Below are positions 54,213 through 63,433 of a DNA stretch of 64,000 nt, one piece after another. Source of the stretch: a virus (taxonomy: Duplodnaviria > Caudoviricetes). The position numbers were made by a program, and so were the translations under genes. The notes below the pieces were generated by a model, which saw only the letters and a program-made list of their open reading frames with translations, was not told where the DNA came from and did not search any database. The DNA lies in IMG/VR virus record IMGVR_UViG_3300028886_000002, positions 32,001 to 96,000 of that record. One strand, given 5' to 3'. Numbering within the stretch: position 1 is the stretch's first letter; each line of letters begins with the position of its first letter.

Positions 54213-55238
54213 TTAAAGCGTAAAGTTAGGACCTTTACTTGCTTTATAATATTTATTATCTTTAGATAAACCTTCTTCAATGATTTGTTCAAGAATAATG
54301 TTTCTATCATCAATAGGCATTCCCTTAAATAGAGATACATTCATGATGTCACACAGACTCATATCAGTCTTCTCTAGCAGAGTGATTCTTTGCATAGTTC
54401 GATATGAACATAAACATTCAATGCCACACTTTTCTGTGGTTTCTCTAAATTTATGTACAAAGTTAATCAATTCTGTGTTATTTTCACAAATATTTTCCTC
54501 AATTTTTTGTGAATAGTCAATTTCTACCAATGCAAATCTATCCAAAGATGCTGCATCAATACAATATCTACCAGTATAGTTATTATCAGCACCTTTACCT
54601 ACAGTATTACCAGCGGCAATTACTCTAAAATTCTCGTGAGCTTCTACTCTACCTATAGGAAAATCAAAGTAACCATTAGCAATAGCAGCATTAAGAATAA
54701 CCAATACTTCAGGAACAGAAGCATCCATCTCATCTAAGAAGAATACACCGCCTTTAGTAAATGCATCATAGAACTGAGTCTTCTGATAATTACCATGAGC
54801 ATCAATAAATCCAGTTAAACGATACTCTTGAGTTACAGCATTAGTAAAATAGAATTCAAAACCAAGAGCATCAGCAACTTGCTTACAAATAATATTCTTA
54901 CCAGTTCCACTCTTACCAGTCATAAATACAGGAATACCAAGATTAACCATGTTCAAAATCTCATCAAATTTCTCATGAGTTACTCCTTCTATTTTTCTAG
55001 TTTCAGTAGGAGTTTTAATTTCATGGATCTGAGGTAATACCCCATAAATTTCAATAATTTTCCTGGTTAATTCGGGCTTAATAGTCTCTACAATAGCATC
55101 AATACCATCACCAACAACAGTATCAATGATAGTCTTTTGAATAGCCTCTACTACTTTATTAGCAGAAGTAGTGTTTTTACCTTTTGGAGTTTTAATTCCA
55201 GCTGAAATCTCTTGTTTAATTTCATCTACAGTTTTCAT
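54213..55238 (-). CDS. MoxR/CobS-like AAA+ ATPase
   Basis: GKSGTGKN, FFLDEMD, AAGNT, DAASLDRF. Confidence 0.88.
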   Translation of the reverse strand: MKTVDEIKQEISAGIKTPKGKNTTSANKVVEAIQKTIIDTVVGDGIDAIVETIKPELTRKIIEIYGVLPQIHEIKTPTETRKIEGVTHEKFDEILNMVNLGIPVFMTGKSGTGKNIICKQVADALGFEFYFTNAVTQEYRLTGFIDAHGNYQKTQFYDAFTKGGVFFLDEMDASVPEVLVILNAAIANGYFDFPIGRVEAHENFRVIAAGNTVGKGADNNYTGRYCIDAASLDRFALVEIDYSQKIEENICENNTELINFVHKFRETTEKCGIECLCSYRTMQRITLLEKTDMSLCDIMNVSLFKGMPIDDRNIILEQIIEEGLSKDNKYYKASKGPNFTL

Positions 55239-56077
55239 CTATCTACAATCTTTTTACAATTTAAATATTTTAATAATTCTTCAATATCATAATTATGCTC
55301 TCTAATCCAATAGTTACTTACTACAAAGTTATCGTCTTTTTTGAGATATTTAACTATATTATCTGAGTTTGTAATACTTCTTCCATAGCTAATTCTCCAA
55401 TCTCCTTTTTTTATAAATGGATTTGTTTCAATCCATTTGAATCCTATTCTTCTTAGCATAGAAGGATGAGTTATAGGGAAACAAATCTTTAAAAGATCAA
55501 GTCTTTGGCCATAATTTTTAAGGTTAACTGTTGGAAAAGCTGCTTCACAACACTCTTCTGCTGCTACAAAAGCTAGATCAAGTTTTACTTGAATACCGTT
55601 AGATTCTATAATATTTACAGCAGTTAACATTGCTACTCCTGCATCAATAAAAAAATTAGAGCTTTCACAAGAATTACCACTATTAGTATAGATTATATGC
55701 ATAGTTTTTTGCTTTTGTGGTATTTTATGCACATTAATCATACTATTAGGAATATTTTGTATAGCATTTGGTACATGTGGAATATAGCCAACAATATCTG
55801 AATGAGGAGCGTTTTTACTTACTACTTGAAATTTATTATATTTTTTAGAAGTCACCCTCATCTGTTGTTTAATTTTATAGAGATGTTCTTTATAACCAAA
55901 AGTTATTAACTTTTTAGCATCATCATAATCACAAGTACAATACCATGTACCACCTTTACTTTCTATATCTTCACTACTTAAACGACTCTCCTCTTTAAAT
56001 ACTATATTAGGTTTTCTACAGTCTAAAGTCTTAAGCAAATTACTTACACTTGGAAATTCTTCAGTATATACATTCAT
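55235..56077 (-). CDS. Probable VWA-like partner of the MoxR ATPase
   Basis: Coupled to the ATPase; VGYIPHVPNAIQNIPNSM and HPSMLRRIGF motifs typical of phage MoxR partners. Confidence 0.6.
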   Translation of the reverse strand: MNVYTEEFPSVSNLLKTLDCRKPNIVFKEESRLSSEDIESKGGTWYCTCDYDDAKKLITFGYKEHLYKIKQQMRVTSKKYNKFQVVSKNAPHSDIVGYIPHVPNAIQNIPNSMINVHKIPQKQKTMHIIYTNSGNSCESSNFFIDAGVAMLTAVNIIESNGIQVKLDLAFVAAEECCEAAFPTVNLKNYGQRLDLLKICFPITHPSMLRRIGFKWIETNPFIKKGDWRISYGRSITNSDNIVKYLKKDDNFVVSNYWIREHNYDIEELLKYLNCKKIVDR

Positions 56078-56085
56078 TTTTTATT

Positions 56086-56337
56086 TTATTTCATAAATCT
56101 TGATATTATATAAATTACAATACAAATAACAAATATTTGCCAAAATTTTAAAGTAATCCAACCAAAGCTTACAGCTAGAGCATTATATAATACTAATAGT
56201 ATTCCAGCAGCAGCAGCATTAATAGCTATTACTAAAAGAAATAGTCCTAATAATACTATTAAACATTTCAAGCAAGAATATTTTTCTTCATTCATAATAT
56301 CTTTATTTATAATAAGTTTAATCTCTATATCTGGCAT
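56086..56337 (-). CDS. Small membrane protein
   Basis: Two hydrophobic segments. Confidence 0.65.
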   Translation of the reverse strand: MPDIEIKLIINKDIMNEEKYSCLKCLIVLLGLFLLVIAINAAAAGILLVLYNALAVSFGWITLKFWQIFVICIVIYIISRFMK

Positions 56338-56608
56338 CTCCGTGATTAATAATACCTAAACCAGACACATCATTATTAATTTCTTTAGCTTTAGGTAGCT
56401 CTTCATATTCAATAGTACACAAAGATTTAGCTACCTTATATAGACTCTCTAGCTCTTTTAATTTTTCTTCTTCTTTAAAGATGGTTTGTCTTAAATTCCA
56501 AATACTATCTTGCAGAGCTTTAATAGAAGTATTCAGTTGGATAACATACTCCTCAAAATTTTCCCCAGTTATCATGGGATACAAAGATTTAACTTTCTTT
56601 ATTTTCAT
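56318..56608 (-). CDS. Hypothetical coiled-coil protein
   Basis: 96-aa coupled ORF. Confidence 0.6.
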   Translation of the reverse strand: MKIKKVKSLYPMITGENFEEYVIQLNTSIKALQDSIWNLRQTIFKEEEKLKELESLYKVAKSLCTIEYEELPKAKEINNDVSGLGIINHGDARYRD

Positions 56609-56838
56609 TATATTATTGCTTTATAGCCGCATCTACTACATTTATACTTATAGACATAATAATACCTATTTCGCATTCCTGTAGCATGTGGGCGTAAAAT
56701 TTTACCACATTTAGGACATCTTATAGATGCTCGTTTATTTCTTTGATATTTAGTCCAATAGACAAGTAGCCCTAGCAGGGACCATCCTACTAGGGCTATA
56801 ATTAAATTTTCAGTCATTTTTATAGTTTTATACTCCAA
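56608..56838 (-). CDS. Membrane-anchored zinc-ribbon protein
   Basis: TM helix, then CPKCG...CSRCG. Confidence 0.65.
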   Translation of the reverse strand: MEYKTIKMTENLIIALVGWSLLGLLVYWTKYQRNKRASIRCPKCGKILRPHATGMRNRYYYVYKYKCSRCGYKAII

Positions 56839-57757
56839 AAGCTACCTTATATGCCTTGTCTAGAGTTTCTCTAGATAATGTACTTCCTGTTTCCTATTTA
56901 GCTGTAAGAGCCACAAATGAACATAAAGTCCACTTATCATCAGTATTAAGTTTGTCAGCTGGAGAAATTCCTAACTATTTACATTTCTGAGTAACTCCAT
57001 AAAGTCGCATAGCGGTAAGACCAATAGGTTCATTTCTATTATAATAACCTCGCATACCATTATCCATTTGAGCTACATTCTTTTTACCATATTTTCTTCT
57101 GTATAAACGCATAGCACTAGCTATACCATCTATTACATTATCAAATACAGCTGCTCCTTGCCCATCTCCCATTGTAGCTTTTCCACTTACTCCAAGAGAA
57201 TCCTTAGAAGCTGATATATTACAAGGATTATTATTTCTACCACCAGCAGTATTTTTATTTATATAAGTTTTAGCATTGTTAGAAACTAAATCAAAAGTCT
57301 TATAATTAGTACTGTTATCCTTTAATAATTGTTCATACTAATCATAATCTATTATTGGGCGAGTAGTAATTTTTCTTAAATCATAGGTTTTAATTCCCTT
57401 GTATGGAGTAGTATTAGCATAAGGGTATTTACCCTCAGCTAATTTTTTCCCAGTAATACTAGAACCTCCTGGCGGAAGCTTAGAAATCATATTAGAAGTA
57501 TTATTACTAAAGTCTTGAGTTTCTACTTGATCCTACATACTGGTGTCAGTAGAAAACATATCAGAAAGGTCTATAGATTTATTTTTAAGACTATTAAATA
57601 AATCTGAAATATCAGTGTACTAAAAATTCCCTTGTGTAGAAGTACCAATAGAACTATCATATTCTTGTAAATCAGTCTCATCATCTAAATCAAGACCCCA
57701 AGAACTAGGAGGATTCCAGAACATACCGTACTGTGCTTTTCTTATAAGTTTACTCAT
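56828..57757 (-). CDS. TAG-recoded lysozyme-like (RNNNPGNI-family) virion protein, 309 aa
   Basis: ATG 57757 (MSKLIRKAQYG), five TAGs, TAA 56830-56828. RNNNPCNI at about 57238-57215, then AVFDNVIDGIASA...Y and C-terminal AK(Q)ETG. Confidence 0.75.
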
Positions 57758-57778
57758 AATTTGATTAATTAAAAATAG

Positions 57779-57842
57779 AACCTCTTGAAGGATTCGAACC
57801 TCCATTTCTATATCTAGTGTACTGCCTTTATACTAAAGAGGC
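57779..57842 (-). ncRNA. tRNA-like RNA lacking the anticodon loop (64 nt)
   Basis: Acceptor GCCTCTT/AAGAGGT; D-arm GTAT-AAAGGCA-GTAC; CTAGA joined directly to TATAG; T-arm GGAGG-TTCGAAT-CCTTC. Confidence 0.75.
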
Positions 57843-57874
57843 ACCTTATACGCTTTAGGTTTTATTTACATTAA

Positions 57875-58051
57875 TTATTTAGCAATTAACGTAGAGTCAA
57901 CAGAAATTGAATCAACTACAACTTCTTCCACCATAGTAGAATCGTTATTGAGAGAATCAACGTTGCTATTATTGCTAGTAGTACCTTCAGTATGGCAAGA
58001 AGCACAAGCCATAGCTACAGCAGCAATCATAATAAACATAAATTTCTTCAT
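57875..58051 (-). CDS. Small Bacteroidota-type lipoprotein (58 aa)
   Basis: MKKFMFIMIAAVAMACASC lipoprotein signal; mature part has DSL, DST, DSI, DST. Confidence 0.75.
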   Translation of the reverse strand: MKKFMFIMIAAVAMACASCHTEGTTSNNSNVDSLNNDSTMVEEVVVDSISVDSTLIAK

Positions 58052-58077
58052 AAATCAAAAAATTTAAAGTTAAAACT

Positions 58078-58491
58078 TTAGCATACAAAATGCTTTATCT
58101 TATATATGGCACGTTTAAATAATCTAATTATATATTTGTACAAATATACAAGTGCAAATTTAAGTCTATTTTTCTTATAAACCAAATATTGAACCTTAGA
58201 ATTTCCACCTGGGAGAACATTATATCCATTAGGAATCATAGTATCAAATGCTTTAATATATTGTTTCTCTAAAGCATTTAGTGCTTTATGAACGTCCCTA
58301 GATGGGCCAGATATTCGTTCAAGTACGGTATATTCAAAATTAAATATACCGTACTGACGAATAGCTTTATCAATACGCTGTTTATTATTAGTCAAATGTT
58401 CTTTAAATCTTTGCTTTTCTCGGACTGTTTGACCTATATATATTTTACCATTAATTTTATTAGTAAAACAATATATAATACCTTCGATCAT
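58078..58491 (-). CDS. GIY-YIG endonuclease (free-standing, homing-type)
   Basis: GIIYCFTN...IYIGQT...RFKEH...E...GYN. Confidence 0.88.
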   Translation of the reverse strand: MIEGIIYCFTNKINGKIYIGQTVREKQRFKEHLTNNKQRIDKAIRQYGIFNFEYTVLERISGPSRDVHKALNALEKQYIKAFDTMIPNGYNVLPGGNSKVQYLVYKKNRLKFALVYLYKYIIRLFKRAIYKIKHFVC

Positions 58492-58700
58492 AGTTTTCTT
58501 CTAGTTTTCTTTGTACGCTTTTCTCTTCGTTGAATTTCACGAATCAGTTTATTATTTAGAATGCGAACCGCATTATATACTTTCTTGTAATTACTTTCAA
58601 ATTCAGTACCTCTAAGTCTTAGGCCAAGGCTTTGTAATTCATTATTACCTGCTTTATATAATTCAGCTTGAGCCTGTTTTAAATTATAATCATCAATCAT
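58488..58700 (-). CDS. Hypothetical protein
   Basis: 70-aa coupled ORF. Confidence 0.6.
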   Translation of the reverse strand: MIDDYNLKQAQAELYKAGNNELQSLGLRLRGTEFESNYKKVYNAVRILNNKLIREIQRREKRTKKTRRKL

Positions 58701-59388
58701 TTTCTTCTTCTTCTAATTGATATTCATCACCCCATTCAGAATCATCTGGAATTTCAATATCTTTATCAAATACTTCTTTCCAAGCTTCTTTAACTGTATT
58801 TCTATTACTATTAGGACTATGAAATACTACTCCTCCTCTAAATTGATTTTCCTCTCGAAGACCAAACTTATAATAATGTTTAGCTTTATCTATATAATCT
58901 TCTATATTACTATATACTTGATCAAGAATTTTGTCATCTTTTATTATTTCTTTTAAAGAATCTTTCAAAGAAGGTAAATGTTTATAATTTCTACTATAAT
59001 GACCTTCTGAGTCTTTTTCATACACTTCGGTTACGCAAGAATTGTTTACATTATTAATATACTCCGATAAGACATCTATATAAGTTCGCCATATATAAGT
59101 AATACCAAATGCATCACAGAAATTATTAACAACCATAGTTTGAAATTTTGCAGGACAGTAATAGAAATCTAGAGGATATAAATATTTTTTACCATTCTTG
59201 CCAATCATATTGAAAGCTTCTCTAGGATCATCTCCTTTATATTCCTCTCGAATTTTCTTACATTTAGGAATAATGTCTTCCATAAAGTTTACTTCTGGAT
59301 AGCTCATATTATATAATAATGCTATAGTATCATCTACATTATCAGCTATAACATCACTTCTGTTCTTATATTTAAATATATATTTCAT
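58693..59388 (-). CDS. Hypothetical protein
   Basis: 231-aa coupled ORF. Confidence 0.7.
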   Translation of the reverse strand: MKYIFKYKNRSDVIADNVDDTIALLYNMSYPEVNFMEDIIPKCKKIREEYKGDDPREAFNMIGKNGKKYLYPLDFYYCPAKFQTMVVNNFCDAFGITYIWRTYIDVLSEYINNVNNSCVTEVYEKDSEGHYSRNYKHLPSLKDSLKEIIKDDKILDQVYSNIEDYIDKAKHYYKFGLREENQFRGGVVFHSPNSNRNTVKEAWKEVFDKDIEIPDDSEWGDEYQLEEEEND

Positions 59389-59389
59389 A

Positions 59390-59815
59390 TTAGCTATTTT
59401 TTAATGTTTCATACTTTTTCATAATATCAGGCATTTCAAGAGACCATCTTTCAAAGATTTTTATTTTTCTTTCTAAGGAGGCTAATTGGACATCTTTATT
59501 AAGACGAAGCCTTTTCTTTTCTAAAGTGACAATCTCATCATAAGTAAACATATTGTACTCTACACACAGTTTACCAAATGGAGTTAGAGATTTTGACTCC
59601 ATATTATATAAACCATATGATCTATCTTCTAAAATTGTCTTTGAACTAGGACTATAGAATAACTCTCCACTCTCGTCTTCTGCAATACGCATTATAAGAT
59701 AGTCTTTTTTATCTCCTTTACTTAAGAATAAAACATACCCATTTAAATCAGCTGGTCCAGACAAATCTATATTTGCATCTATTACCCACCCAGCTAACTC
59801 ACTTAATTCTTTCAT
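59390..59815 (-). CDS. Hypothetical protein
   Basis: 141-aa coupled ORF. Confidence 0.65.
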   Translation of the reverse strand: MKELSELAGWVIDANIDLSGPADLNGYVLFLSKGDKKDYLIMRIAEDESGELFYSPSSKTILEDRSYGLYNMESKSLTPFGKLCVEYNMFTYDEIVTLEKKRLRLNKDVQLASLERKIKIFERWSLEMPDIMKKYETLKNS

Positions 59816-60117
59816 TTTAATTCAGCATTTAAAGCATCTTTAATCTTTTGACAACTTTCTTCGTCTTTTCCACCAATATGCCAGATTATATCCTCTTTCT
59901 TCTTAATTTTACGATATTCTTTATAATCGTAAATATAACCTTTCACACCATCAATAGTTTCCACTGCCCATTCAAATTGAGTTTTTTCATCTTTATCTTC
60001 ATCCTCATAAGTAGGTGGACCAAGCACTTTCTTCAATTTATTATAGGAAGTTCTTATAGTATAACCATGAAAGCTAGTGCCTATAATATCACTTTCACAT
60101 ATTTTAATTTGTCTCAT
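59812..60117 (-). CDS. Conserved phage hypothetical protein
   Basis: GTSFHG...LGPP...KTQFEW...IYDYK...WHIGG pattern. Confidence 0.7.
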   Translation of the reverse strand: MRQIKICESDIIGTSFHGYTIRTSYNKLKKVLGPPTYEDEDKDEKTQFEWAVETIDGVKGYIYDYKEYRKIKKKEDIIWHIGGKDEESCQKIKDALNAELK

Positions 60118-60418
60118 AATTTAAAATAAATCTTCTAATTCTTTAGGAACTTCTGGAGCATGTTTAATTTCCCATATTAACCAAATAAGGCCTAATAGCC
60201 ATATAATTCCTATTATTAGTAATCCCATGTTATAAAATATCTGATAATTTTTTATTCATCTCTATCATTAATATCCTTTGAAGAGATAAGCAATAACTTA
60301 TCTACGCCCCAATAATCTCGACGAATTTGACATCGTGCTTCATTTTCATTTTCAGCATCAACCCAAACTTTGTCACCATCTTCATCTCCGTTCTGATATA
60401 TTCTAAAATAATATCTTT

Positions 60419-60655
60419 TCATATCGCATAATTTATTGTTATTTTAACTATTTTGCCTTTTAAAGTACATCTACTAAATAATAATTTATACCAATGTCCA
60501 CTTAATTCACTCCCTTTAGATTCATAATCAAAATTATGATGGAATTCATTACTCAATTCTATTCTAAAGTCTTCACTCATATTAGGTAAAGCTAAATCAA
60601 CTATATGTTTTCTATGGATTGGACTTAAAGAATTCCAGAACTTTTTAGTAATCAT
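60419..60655 (-). CDS. Hypothetical protein
   Basis: 78-aa ORF. Confidence 0.6.
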   Translation of the reverse strand: MITKKFWNSLSPIHRKHIVDLALPNMSEDFRIELSNEFHHNFDYESKGSELSGHWYKLLFSRCTLKGKIVKITINYAI

Positions 60656-60661
60656 TATTTT

Positions 60662-61066
60662 TTATTTTCTAATAACATTATACACCCATCCAACATCATT
60701 AAAGTCAACATACAACTGTGATGTGCCATCTCGTGCAATGCGAAGACGAATCATACCTTTGTCATAATCCTGGTCAAGAACATAATAACCTTGCTGTTGA
60801 CCTCCTTCATTATCTGTATATGTCCCAGCATTTTCATAAATGGCATATGCCTGTGTCCTATTGCTATAGATCACGATGACATCATCATCTATCTTAAACT
60901 CAATGTCAACGTTGCATTTCTGGAAACTTGACCAGCCCTGTGAATTATTTCTATTATAGTTATTTTTGTACTTAACAGCATAACTATAACCAGTAAACCA
61001 AATACTTTTTGCTTCAGCAGATAGCACTCCTAAACTAATTAATAGTATTATTAATATCTTTTTCAT
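60662..61066 (-). CDS. Secreted beta-rich hypothetical protein
   Basis: Signal peptide MKKILIILLISLGVLSAEA. Confidence 0.7.
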   Translation of the reverse strand: MKKILIILLISLGVLSAEAKSIWFTGYSYAVKYKNNYNRNNSQGWSSFQKCNVDIEFKIDDDVIVIYSNRTQAYAIYENAGTYTDNEGGQQQGYYVLDQDYDKGMIRLRIARDGTSQLYVDFNDVGWVYNVIRK

Positions 61067-61089
61067 ATTATATATAATTTAATTCTTAA

Positions 61090-61488
61090 TTATAAATTTT
61101 TTATTTCTCTCACATTTTGCTTACACCATTCACCAAAGTCTTTGGCAATTTGCTCTAACTCATCAATACTTCTCTCAGGATGCGATAATGATAAATCTAT
61201 TCTTTCACTACTACTTCTTCCAAACATTATAACTGGTTCAAAAGATAGCCAATTGTCACTATCAGGCAATCTATCTCTAAATTCCCATAAAGACCAAGGT
61301 CTAAATAATAACTGGGTTAATACTAATCTGTCTCCATATTCGTCTTTAGTTTCATCTATTACTTTATAATAGTAATAAAATAAACCACTATAACCAGGCT
61401 TGTACAAGTCACTCATTCTAAAGTTTCTCCTATAACCTCTTTTATAGAGTTCTTTGGAAACTTTAAGAAATTCTCTTTTATTTATCAT
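61090..61488 (-). CDS. Hypothetical protein
   Basis: 132-aa ORF. Confidence 0.65.
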   Translation of the reverse strand: MINKREFLKVSKELYKRGYRRNFRMSDLYKPGYSGLFYYYYKVIDETKDEYGDRLVLTQLLFRPWSLWEFRDRLPDSDNWLSFEPVIMFGRSSSERIDLSLSHPERSIDELEQIAKDFGEWCKQNVREIKNL

Positions 61489-61790
61489 ATGCTATTTTTT
61501 ATTAAGTTCTTTAAATAAGCACTTATACGATTTATTAGTGTATTATTAGTTGTACTTATATTGCTTATAGTGTTATTTATTATTGTATTTATATCAGCTG
61601 TCATCATTTCACTATTTAATTCCATGATTTGCCGCTCGTGAATTTCTATCAGTCGAGATTTACACTCTTTTAGATGTGTATATTCACTAATAGGAATTTC
61701 AATAGTCTGCTTGGTACACTTACTCACTTTCATCCCAATCTTCTTTCTCTTTATTAAATTCTTCAAGCATATCACAGTATTGTTGTCCAA
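61485..61790 (-). CDS. Hypothetical protein (start uncertain)
   Basis: Probable start at the internal MKVSK. Confidence 0.5.
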   Translation of the reverse strand: MDNNTVICLKNLIKRKKIGMKVSKCTKQTIEIPISEYTHLKECKSRLIEIHERQIMELNSEMMTADINTIINNTISNISTTNNTLINRISAYLKNLIKNSI

Positions 61791-62130
61791 GCCAACCTAT
61801 CATATAGGCATAAGCTTCATCATCTTCTGTATGTTCAACTCCCCTGTCTTTAAGAATACTATCAGCAGTGTGATATACCTCATGTAAATAGTAAGTAGGA
61901 TAATTTGCATCTTTTATAATCGTAACATACCCATCGTTATTTAATAATGTTACAACACTACCACCACAAGTATCACTTGAAATTTCATCAGATACTTCTT
62001 TTATATCTTCCTCACTAAGTTTATCTTTGTTTGTTTCCTTACTACAAAATTCTATCCATTCTTCACTTGTAGTTTCAAGAAGGAAAAGTACATTAGTGTT
62101 ATAAATCGGCACATCTAATTGTCTAATCAT
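61720..62130 (-). CDS. Small HExxH zincin-like protein
   Basis: YLHEVYH...DEAYAY motif. Confidence 0.7.
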   Translation of the reverse strand: MIRQLDVPIYNTNVLFLLETTSEEWIEFCSKETNKDKLSEEDIKEVSDEISSDTCGGSVVTLLNNDGYVTIIKDANYPTYYLHEVYHTADSILKDRGVEHTEDDEAYAYMIGWLGQQYCDMLEEFNKEKEDWDESE

Positions 62131-62524
62131 TTTGATTATTATTTAAAAAGTAATTATCAAATTCATCTTTAAACCAATAAAGTATATTATTAACAAGACG
62201 GTCAATAATTGCAGGAAGTGCGTATGTTCCTAAGATATACGTACTTCTTAAACAAAAACATCCTTTAGGATTTGTGTCTGTAATATCTACAATTATCTCC
62301 CAATTCCCGTCTGAATAATTTGGTGACACAGCCCTACCAAGTCTTGATAAAGTATCAATATTATTACAATAAAACCACATGCTAAAAACATTTATCCCAT
62401 GACCTGAACATGATTCAAATGTATAAACTCCTGGAAGTCTATTTAATGTATAGTATAGACTAACACATTCTATGTCTAAGTCTTTAGGTGGTTTATCCAC
62501 ATCAGTTATTTCTTTTATCTTCAT
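62123..62524 (-). CDS. Hypothetical protein (TYW3-like N-terminal motif)
   Basis: D...LNRLPGVYTFESCSGH; ends in TAG with a backup TAA eight codons later. Confidence 0.6.
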   Translation of the reverse strand: MKIKEITDVDKPPKDLDIECVSLYYTLNRLPGVYTFESCSGHGINVFSMWFYCNNIDTLSRLGRAVSPNYSDGNWEIIVDITDTNPKGCFCLRSTYILGTYALPAIIDRLVNNILYWFKDEFDNYFLNNNQND

Positions 62525-62559
62525 TTTTAATTTCTCTCTAAATAGTCACTACAAACAAT

Positions 62560-62838
62560 TTATTCATTTTTCACTTTTACTTTATTGGCAATGGCGCAAG
62601 CCTCCTCAAAAGTCAACTCAGGATTTTCTTTGAGTGCCTTCGCAACAGCTTCTCCTTCTTCGGTAAGGCAGAACACTGCGTCGGGGTCGGCAGCACATTG
62701 TACAACATTCAAAAAGTTCATCAGCTCATCGCCGCTTGAACACATCGCCTCCAGCTCAAGTTCCTCGCATCTTGCGAGTAGTCCCTTTTGGTAGAGGTCT
62801 ATACTTATTTCAGCTATCTTTTTATTCATTCTTTGCAT
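62560..62838 (-). CDS. Hypothetical protein
   Basis: 92-aa ORF, locally higher GC. Confidence 0.6.
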   Translation of the reverse strand: MQRMNKKIAEISIDLYQKGLLARCEELELEAMCSSGDELMNFLNVVQCAADPDAVFCLTEEGEAVAKALKENPELTFEEACAIANKVKVKNE

Positions 62839-63050
62839 CCTTTATCAATTTCAATAAAGTTATAAACTAACTCATCTATTAAGTAGGCAAAAGCATCAAC
62901 ACTTGTCTCGAAATAATGAGGAGGGGCAAAACTTGGTGTACCCCACCATTTGATAAACCAAAAAAGAATATATCGCTCTTGTATCTTCCAAGGCAGGAGC
63001 TGATTACCGCTTTTTACTATTCTGTATTTCTTCCAAGTTAAAAGATTCAT
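62826..63050 (-). CDS. Hypothetical protein
   Basis: 74-aa coupled ORF. Confidence 0.55.
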   Translation of the reverse strand: MNLLTWKKYRIVKSGNQLLPWKIQERYILFWFIKWWGTPSFAPPHYFETSVDAFAYLIDELVYNFIEIDKGCKE

Positions 63051-63418
63051 TCTTTGCCCCCTTTCTGCTCGTCTAAGTATTTATCCAAAGCATCAATTAC
63101 TTTGTCAGGCAACTTCTTTGCCTTCTCATTGCCCTTGACATAATCAATAACTCCACCTATGCCGTAAATAGCATACATTTCCTTAGTGCTTGGAATGAAG
63201 CAACTTATTAATAAACAGATAAAACTAATAATTAATAAATTCTTAGCTTTAATTTTACATCGTCTATGTAACTCTTTTTCATCTTGAGTATCATACTCAG
63301 TGACTGTAGTCATATGCCAACCATATAATCCTCCACCAATAAGTAAACATAAAAAACCTGTTACCACTAGCAATGCACCTAGGTTTCCTAAAATGGTCAT
63401 AAAATATAATTCACTCAT
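63047..63418 (-). CDS. Two-TM membrane protein
   Basis: Two hydrophobic helices, then FIPSTKEMYAIYG. Confidence 0.7.
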   Translation of the reverse strand: MSELYFMTILGNLGALLVVTGFLCLLIGGGLYGWHMTTVTEYDTQDEKELHRRCKIKAKNLLIISFICLLISCFIPSTKEMYAIYGIGGVIDYVKGNEKAKKLPDKVIDALDKYLDEQKGGKE

Positions 63419-63433
63419 TTTTATCTCCTTTCT

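Noticed and set aside
57620-57805. Track start at 57805 (MEVRILQ...)
   Set aside because: It lies inside the T-arm region of the tRNA-like element; ATG 57757 with an A-rich leader is more plausible.
62099-62125. TAG ending 62123-62524 as a regulatory amber
   Set aside because: It is constrained by overlap with the next start (ATG ATT AGA), and read-through adds only 8 residues; probably neutral.
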